This document shows positions 58,743-64,000 of a stretch of DNA of 64,000 bases, one piece after another. The stretch lies in assembly GCA_003173865.1 (NCBI GenBank), contig PJMF01000019.1:6381-70380 (forward strand), in the 5' to 3' direction. The translations under genes and the position numbers were made by a program. Each line of letters begins with the position of its first letter. Positions within the stretch are counted from its first letter, which is position 1. The stretch is from Minisyncoccota bacterium. Lineage in GTDB: Bacteria; Patescibacteriota; Microgenomatia; UBA1400; PJMF01. The notes beneath the pieces are model-generated. The model made no database searches. It saw nothing but the letters and a program-made list of their open reading frames with translations, and had not been told where the DNA came from.

Positions 58743-59444
58743 CTAAACTCCAAAGATACGACTAATAAAGTCTCTATTTTTTATTTTGTCTTCGGGATGC
58801 TCACCGGCTAGTTCCTTTAATTTTATGCCTGCGGGGGCATCCAAAATAAAGGTAATGTTTTTCAAATGATTATCAAGCATTGTGAGAAAGCCTATTGGAG
58901 AATAATGAAATGGACTGTCTTTAGCATAAAATTTATCAGAAAACTTTTTTATTTCTTTTGCTAAATCTTTTTCATTAGTCTTATCAATAATGTCTATGAC
59001 CTTCAAATGTGCGGCCTCTGTGCGGTATTTTATATTCGTTAAAAATAAATCTAAGGTATTACCACGATTTACTATGTAATTTGCTCTTTCTGCGTCAAAG
59101 TAAAATCTATTGATGCTATCTATCTGATCAGGGTCTAAATCTTTAATAAATAAGTGAGAGTATTTAACCCAGCTGTTTTGAGGCAAAATAATTATTTCAG
59201 GGATTTCAGTAGCTTGAGAGCGTATTTTAAGTGCTTGGATGGCCTGTTCAGCATTTCTGACTTCATTTACTAACAATGCAGCTATTTGTTGTTTTTCAGC
59301 GTTTTTCTGACGAGTGTATATCCAAACAGCACCAAAAACAGTCGCCACAGTCGCAAAGCCAACGAAGAAATTTGAGTTAAAAAAAGTTAAGAGAAATGTT
59401 CCGACACCTGAGAACACTACCCCTAAAGCTGTCCAAAAATTCAT
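58743..59444 (-). CDS. Hypothetical membrane protein (2 N-terminal TM helices plus a cytoplasmic domain), on the putative element
   Basis: ORF only. Confidence 0.45.
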   Translation of the reverse strand: MNFWTALGVVFSGVGTFLLTFFNSNFFVGFATVATVFGAVWIYTRQKNAEKQQIAALLVNEVRNAEQAIQALKIRSQATEIPEIIILPQNSWVKYSHLFIKDLDPDQIDSINRFYFDAERANYIVNRGNTLDLFLTNIKYRTEAAHLKVIDIIDKTNEKDLAKEIKKFSDKFYAKDSPFHYSPIGFLTMLDNHLKNITFILDAPAGIKLKELAGEHPEDKIKNRDFISRIFGV

Positions 59445-59536
59445 AATCTGGGGCAGATAGGAGATATCCTATCAGGAAAATTTTTTATTTTCACAATCCT
59501 TTTTATAGTGATTGTTTTTTGATAAAATGCAAACGT

Positions 59537-60046
59537 ATGAAAATTACTCTTTACATGGCGATAACCATAGATGGATTTATTGCGAAAAGTGATGGAAATT
59601 CTGATTGGGTTTCGCCGGTTGATACAAAAAATTTTGAAACTGCTATCTCAGAACATAGGAACATCATTTTAGGAAGTAGGACTTATAAACAGTATTTAGG
59701 TGAACTGTATCCGGTAAAAGGAGTCAACAATATTGTTATTTCGTCTGATAACACCTCAGTTAAACCAGCAGAAGGTGTTTTTGTTTTGCCTCCAAACCCA
59801 GATCTGGTAATTTCTTTCTTGGAAGAAAAAAGACAAGAAAAAGCACTGCTAATAGGGGGTGGCAAAACAAATGGAATGTTTTTTCAAGCAAACCTTATTG
59901 ACGAAATACGATTAGTGGTACACCCCATTGCTTTTGGGTCAGGAATTAAGCTCTTTGATGGTGTTGAGGTAGAAAGAAATTTTGAACTGACTGATGTCCA
60001 AAAACTTCAAGAAGGGCTAGTCCAATTAAAATATAAAAAATCATAG
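59537..60046 (+). CDS. Dihydrofolate-reductase-like (RibD C-terminal domain family) protein
   Basis: KITLYMAITIDGFIA…D and …LLIGGGKTNGMFFQANLIDEIRLVVHPIAFGSGIKLF match the RibD_C/DHFR-like pattern. Confidence 0.75.
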   Translation: MKITLYMAITIDGFIAKSDGNSDWVSPVDTKNFETAISEHRNIILGSRTYKQYLGELYPVKGVNNIVISSDNTSVKPAEGVFVLPPNPDLVISFLEEKRQEKALLIGGGKTNGMFFQANLIDEIRLVVHPIAFGSGIKLFDGVEVERNFELTDVQKLQEGLVQLKYKKS

Positions 60047-60048
60047 AT

Positions 60049-60759
60049 ATGGTTAGCACCAACAAACAAGAAAGACAATTTTTGCCAGCAAAAGAAGTTA
60101 TCTTTCAAGGAAAACAGATAATTATCACTGGTGGTGGTTCAGGGATCGGCAAAGCGTTAGCTGAACGCTTTTCTCAGCTCGGAGCAAATGTCACTACTTT
60201 AGATATTGTACGAACGGATCAATTGCCCGTTAGTATTTCTCAAATTCTTGCTGATGTGAGAGATAAAGACCAGCTAGCATCTCAGATAAATAATCAAAAT
60301 GTTGATATTTTGGTTATAGCAGCAGGTGTTACGTCCCAAACAAGTGAACCCACAAATGACGAACAACAATTGATGGAATCAGTCAACGTCACTGGTGTGC
60401 AAAATACTCTTGATGCTTTTGGTAGACTTTTACCCGAAGGTAGCAAAGTTATCTATATTGGTTCCGATGATCCTCCCAAGGCCTTTTATGCAGACACAAA
60501 AAAAAGAGGCGCTCAACTAGTAAAGAATTTTTCTGCCACTCATCCAGAACTAAGCGTTAGATTAGTATATTTAGGCCCTGTAAGAACACCTCTATTTGAG
60601 AAAGGTAAACCTCCTGAGGTGATTGAGAGGATAGCCATGAATGTTGGTCTTTACGAACCGTCTGAATTTGCAGAAGAACTCGTTGATGATCTTGCAGATC
60701 AATCAAATGCCGACAGCAATCTGCAAGAAAAAGTCATGTATAAAAAAATAAAAAAGTAA
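60049..60759 (+). CDS. Short-chain dehydrogenase/reductase (SDR)
   Basis: TGGGSGIGKALAERF cofactor motif. 236 aa. Confidence 0.8.
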   Translation: MVSTNKQERQFLPAKEVIFQGKQIIITGGGSGIGKALAERFSQLGANVTTLDIVRTDQLPVSISQILADVRDKDQLASQINNQNVDILVIAAGVTSQTSEPTNDEQQLMESVNVTGVQNTLDAFGRLLPEGSKVIYIGSDDPPKAFYADTKKRGAQLVKNFSATHPELSVRLVYLGPVRTPLFEKGKPPEVIERIAMNVGLYEPSEFAEELVDDLADQSNADSNLQEKVMYKKIKK

Positions 60760-60785
60760 TGTTGCTAAAACGAAATAAATGAAAA

Positions 60786-61214
60786 TTACTTCCAAAGAGA
60801 AAATTTCTTAGTCAATTCTCGTAGTTGATCGTTTTCTCCAAAAAAACAAATGCCATAATATTCTAATTCTGCCTCTGGTGTTTCTTTTGTTCTTTGTTTT
60901 TGTTCGGCAAAGGTACCAACTGTCATTGTGCTTGTAAAATCATTAAAAGTGATGTTGTTTTCAATCAGGGTGTTGCGCAACGTGCGAATTTTATTTGAAT
61001 TGTCAGCAGCGAGTACGATAAATGGGTTATCTGAAATGCTTTTATGTTCTCCACCATCTTTGTCAAAATAACTATCAAACCTCAAGGGTTCTTTATCGGT
61101 AAACAATGCCGTAAAGCCTGCTGACATATGTGCTAAAGCGTTCATCAATTTACCGGTTTCAATTTTTTTGTTTAATACAGCTACAAATCTATGGGTAGTT
61201 GGTTGATTGTTCAT
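60786..61214 (-). CDS. Hypothetical protein, DUF2000-like
   Basis: HRFVAVLNKKIETGKLMNALAHMSAGF resembles the DUF2000 N-terminus. 142 aa. Confidence 0.45.
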   Translation of the reverse strand: MNNQPTTHRFVAVLNKKIETGKLMNALAHMSAGFTALFTDKEPLRFDSYFDKDGGEHKSISDNPFIVLAADNSNKIRTLRNTLIENNITFNDFTSTMTVGTFAEQKQRTKETPEAELEYYGICFFGENDQLRELTKKFSLWK

Positions 61215-61304
61215 ATTGGCTATTTTACCAAATTTAGAGGCGTTTTTGGAACAAAAAGCTCATAAATGTATAAGTTCTGCGGGTTTTTATGAAACAATAA
61301 GCAT

Positions 61305-61826
61305 ATGGAAAACCAGCCAAAACCTACCAATACCGACCTTTTGCCTAATGCATACGAACTCTTAGAAGAAAATGACCAACTGTACGTTGATATGCGGGTG
61401 CAAGGCTTTATGTGTAGCAAAATTGCCATTGCAGCCAAAAGACAGCATAGTACTGTTAAAGAATGGTTTGCAAAAGAGGGTCGTCTGTATCGCGCATATC
61501 AGCTTAAAAAAGCAGAGCATAGATATGAGTACAATAAAACACTAAAGGACATGGATAGATTGGTTAAGGAAGGTGCTGTAGATGCCATTTTGAAGCTCTT
61601 AGAGGCCGTCAGATCTCCTGGTATCTCCCGTCCCCAAATACAAGCCGCAACTGACCTGTTAGACCGTGCCGGCTTTCAATCAGTACAAAAAGTTGAAACA
61701 AATCTGAGCTATGATTTAAGTCCAGACCAGAAAGTGGCATTGGATAAACTTCAAGCATATGTGGAATCACTTCCTCTAACTGTACCTGATGCACAGGCCG
61801 GTGGAGTTGCCGGCATTACTGTCTAA
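61305..61826 (+). CDS. Hypothetical protein with a probable HTH region (element-associated)
   Basis: ORF only. …GFMCSKIAIAAKRQHSTVKEWF… looks helix-turn-helix-like. Confidence 0.4.
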   Translation: MENQPKPTNTDLLPNAYELLEENDQLYVDMRVQGFMCSKIAIAAKRQHSTVKEWFAKEGRLYRAYQLKKAEHRYEYNKTLKDMDRLVKEGAVDAILKLLEAVRSPGISRPQIQAATDLLDRAGFQSVQKVETNLSYDLSPDQKVALDKLQAYVESLPLTVPDAQAGGVAGITV

Positions 61827-62224
61827 GCCTGAACTAACGCTTCGTTGAGTCTACAAAATTCAGGTTTTTTCCAAAATGTATAAAGAATCTTCAAATCAGA
61901 GATAATATGTTAAGTATGTACCTGAAAACCAGCAGAGCAAGGCAGTTCCGAGTGAACACCAAGCCATATTGGAGCTGATTACCTGGCTTTTGAAGGTTGA
62001 TCTCTCATCTCCCGAAGCAAAATTGAATGAAACAAGCATCTCTGACAATAATGGTGGTCGGATTTACCTCTAGTTTTTTCCATTTTCTTTATAAGAAGAT
62101 AACTTTTGAACTTTTTTTGTGGTTCGTTGTTTGATATGTCTTTTGAGACCGAGTAATACCGAATAAAACTGAGTGTTGTCTAAAGAAAATAAGATTGGCC
62201 AAAATGATAAAATAAAGTTTAGTT

Positions 62225-63805
62225 ATGGATACTGATGAACCAAAACTTCGCTATGTTATTTATGCTCGCAAGTCTACTGATGATCCTCAACGGCAACTCA
62301 AATCTACGGATGACCAAATAGACGAGTGCCAAAAAATGGCAACGAGATTAAATCTCCATGTTATTGGTAATCCGATTATTGAAAAAAGATCAGCCAAAAA
62401 ACCTGGGAGACGACCTCTCTTTAGAAAAATGCTCGCAGATATTCAGCAAGGCAAGATTGATGGCATTATTGCGTGGCATCCTGATCGGTTAGCCAGAAAT
62501 ATGAAGGAGGGAGGCGAAATTATTGATATGGTAGATGAAGGCTATATCAAGGACATGCAGTTTGTTATGCACCATTTTTCAACAGATGCCAACGGCAAAA
62601 TGCTTTTGGGAATGGCTTTTGTATTATCCAAGCAATACTCCGACAAACTGTCAGATGATGTGACCAGAGGTGTGAGGCATCACCATCAAGACCAAGGTCA
62701 GTCACCGGCCGCAAAGCATGGTTATATCAGAGACGAAAATGGCCAGTATCAACCAGATGGGAAAAACTTTGAATTGATTTGCGATGCTTGGCAAATGCGA
62801 AAATCTGGCACATCCCTTGAAGATATTGTGTTGTACATGAATTCCAACGGGTATGGCCGAAAAGTGAAGTCATCAGGAAAAGTTGTTCGGATGACCAAAC
62901 AAATTTTAAGTGGCATCTTCAAAGATCCTTTTTACTATGGCATTCTCATTCAAGCTGGCCAGCCAGCAGATTTGAGACTTATTTATGATAATTTCATTGC
63001 GGCGATAACTGAGCAAGACTATTTAGAAGTTCAAGCACTATCTGGCAGGAGAATAAATCCATACAAAGGCAAACGCCACACCTATTTACCGCTCCGAATG
63101 ATGGTCAACTGTGACTTTTGTGGCATGCACATGTATGCGGGTGTTTCTGTTGGACATAGTAAAAAGTATCTTTTCTACCGATGTGGCAACAAGTTTTGTA
63201 CACGAAAGAAGAAATCGGTTCGCGCAAAAGTCATTTTTGACTTTATTTACGAGTTTTTTGACGAAGGGTTACACTTTACCGAGGCTGACTACCATAAATA
63301 CTACGGTAGCCTGACAAAAATTACTCAACAAAAAAGAGACCAGTTACAGTTTGATCTGTACAGCAAGCAAGCGTTACTTAAAGACATCCGTGGCAAAATT
63401 AAAGATCTCTCTTTCAAATTACTGGACAATCCAAACTTATCAGAAACCACAATTAAGGTTGCAAATGAGAAACAAGTTGAGCTTCAAGAACAAGAAATAG
63501 AGTTAGAAGCTGAAATAGATAAACTTAAGCAAAAAATGAAAGACCCAGAAGCAGAAAAAATCAGCATTACCCAGTTTTTGAACTTATCAAAAAATGCCGC
63601 TACGATCGTCAAATCAGGCGATGTGGTGGTCAAAGATGCTATTTCCCGAATTATCTTTTTGAACTTTTCTGTAGATGAAGAAAAAGTGGCTTCGTATCGG
63701 CTTAAACCACCATTTGATGAACTGCTCAAAACCCGCTCTGTCCTACTTAGTCGGGGAAACAGGACTCGAACCTGCGGCCTTACGCTCCCAAAGCGTACGC
63801 TCTAG
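62225..63805 (+). CDS. Large serine recombinase (resolvase-type catalytic domain, recombinase domain, Zn ribbon, coiled coil)
   Basis: RYVIYARKSTDDPQ (catalytic Ser region), …GIIAWHPDRLARN…, a Cys cluster CDFCGMHMY…YRCGNKFC and a C-terminal coiled coil. The last ~18 codons are read out of the convergent tRNA-Pro sequence, so the true stop may lie earlier. Confidence 0.85.
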   Translation: MDTDEPKLRYVIYARKSTDDPQRQLKSTDDQIDECQKMATRLNLHVIGNPIIEKRSAKKPGRRPLFRKMLADIQQGKIDGIIAWHPDRLARNMKEGGEIIDMVDEGYIKDMQFVMHHFSTDANGKMLLGMAFVLSKQYSDKLSDDVTRGVRHHHQDQGQSPAAKHGYIRDENGQYQPDGKNFELICDAWQMRKSGTSLEDIVLYMNSNGYGRKVKSSGKVVRMTKQILSGIFKDPFYYGILIQAGQPADLRLIYDNFIAAITEQDYLEVQALSGRRINPYKGKRHTYLPLRMMVNCDFCGMHMYAGVSVGHSKKYLFYRCGNKFCTRKKKSVRAKVIFDFIYEFFDEGLHFTEADYHKYYGSLTKITQQKRDQLQFDLYSKQALLKDIRGKIKDLSFKLLDNPNLSETTIKVANEKQVELQEQEIELEAEIDKLKQKMKDPEAEKISITQFLNLSKNAATIVKSGDVVVKDAISRIIFLNFSVDEEKVASYRLKPPFDELLKTRSVLLSRGNRTRTCGLTLPKRTL

Positions 63806-63824
63806 CCATCTGAGCTATTCCCCG
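63751..63824 (-). tRNA. tRNA-Pro (anticodon TGG)
   Basis: Manual fold: acceptor CGGGGAA/TTCCCCG, D-arm GCTC-AGATGGCTA-GAGC, anticodon arm TACGC-TTTGGGA-GCGTA, T-arm GCAGG-TTCGAGT-CCTGT, discriminator A. Confidence 0.85.
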
Positions 63825-63858
63825 AAGCTTTATTTATTTTTGTCAATGTCAATGATCG

Positions 63859-63940
63859 TGGCCCGGGAGGGACTCGAACCCTCATGTCCAGAGGACGCAA
63901 CATTTTAAGTGTTGTGCGTCTACCATTCCGCCACCGAGCC
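63859..63940 (-). tRNA. tRNA-Leu (anticodon TAA), type II with long variable arm
   Basis: Manual fold: acceptor GGCTCGG/CCGGGCC, a 3-bp D-stem GCG-GAATGGTAGA-CGC, anticodon arm CAACA-CTTAAAA-TGTTG, variable arm GTCC-TCT-GGAC, T-arm GAGGG-TTCGAGT-CCCTC. Confidence 0.8.
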
Positions 63941-64000
63941 TCTGCGGAATTTTACCATTAACAAACTTTTCTGCCCATCCACACAATTTTTAGTCCACAA

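Larger units (their letters stand above)
58435..63750. mobile_element. Putative integrative element (or remnant) inserted next to the tRNA-Pro 3' end; left boundary undetermined
   Basis: A large serine recombinase directly abuts and overlaps the 3' end of tRNA-Pro. Upstream cargo-like genes are of mixed orientation (membrane protein, DHFR-like, SDR, DUF2000, HTH protein). There are 300-400 bp non-coding stretches at 58435-58742 and 61827-62224. Confidence 0.35.

Noticed and set aside
63675-63908. 77-aa plus-strand ORF
   Set aside because: It is translated across tRNA-Pro and tRNA-Leu sequence. It is spurious.

Overview
This 64 kb window looks like a chromosomal segment from a small-genome bacterium. 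It is most consistent with a Candidate Phyla Radiation/Patescibacteria-type genome, which is an inference from moderate-low GC, a class I LysRS, a split transketolase, tight gene packing and frequent weak Shine-Dalgarno sites.

A conserved housekeeping backbone is present: atpA(partial)-atpG-atpD-atpC, greA, class-I lysS, serS, secA, a riboflavin kinase, an rluB-like pseudouridine synthase, prs, proS, a HIT protein, rpsU, pyk and a split transketolase.

Accessory blocks are interleaved with this backbone:
- A TPP riboswitch sits immediately upstream of an uncharacterised HD-domain phosphohydrolase.
- A divergently organised locus at about 29.5-36.2 kb encodes an RmlD-like reductase, an ATP-grasp ligase, an ABC exporter, a KamA-family radical-SAM aminomutase, a GNAT acetyltransferase and a standalone C39-like peptidase. 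I read this as a candidate beta-lysine-derived small-peptide or metabolite system.
- One 1.1k-aa membrane protein fuses a GH18-like domain, a CE4 deacetylase and a processive GT2 synthase.
- A glycosylation module comprises a GT39/ArnT-like enzyme, a polytopic membrane protein and a Dpm1-like GT2.
- An RND efflux pump and its periplasmic adaptor lie next to an orphan CHASE3-PAS histidine kinase.
- There are five tRNA genes (His, Arg, Gly, Pro, Leu), all on the minus strand.
- A putative integrative element carries a large serine recombinase that abuts and reads into tRNA-Pro at the 3' edge of the window.

I saw no CRISPR array and no rRNA. All calls rest on motif-level reading of the supplied translations; I ran no database searches.
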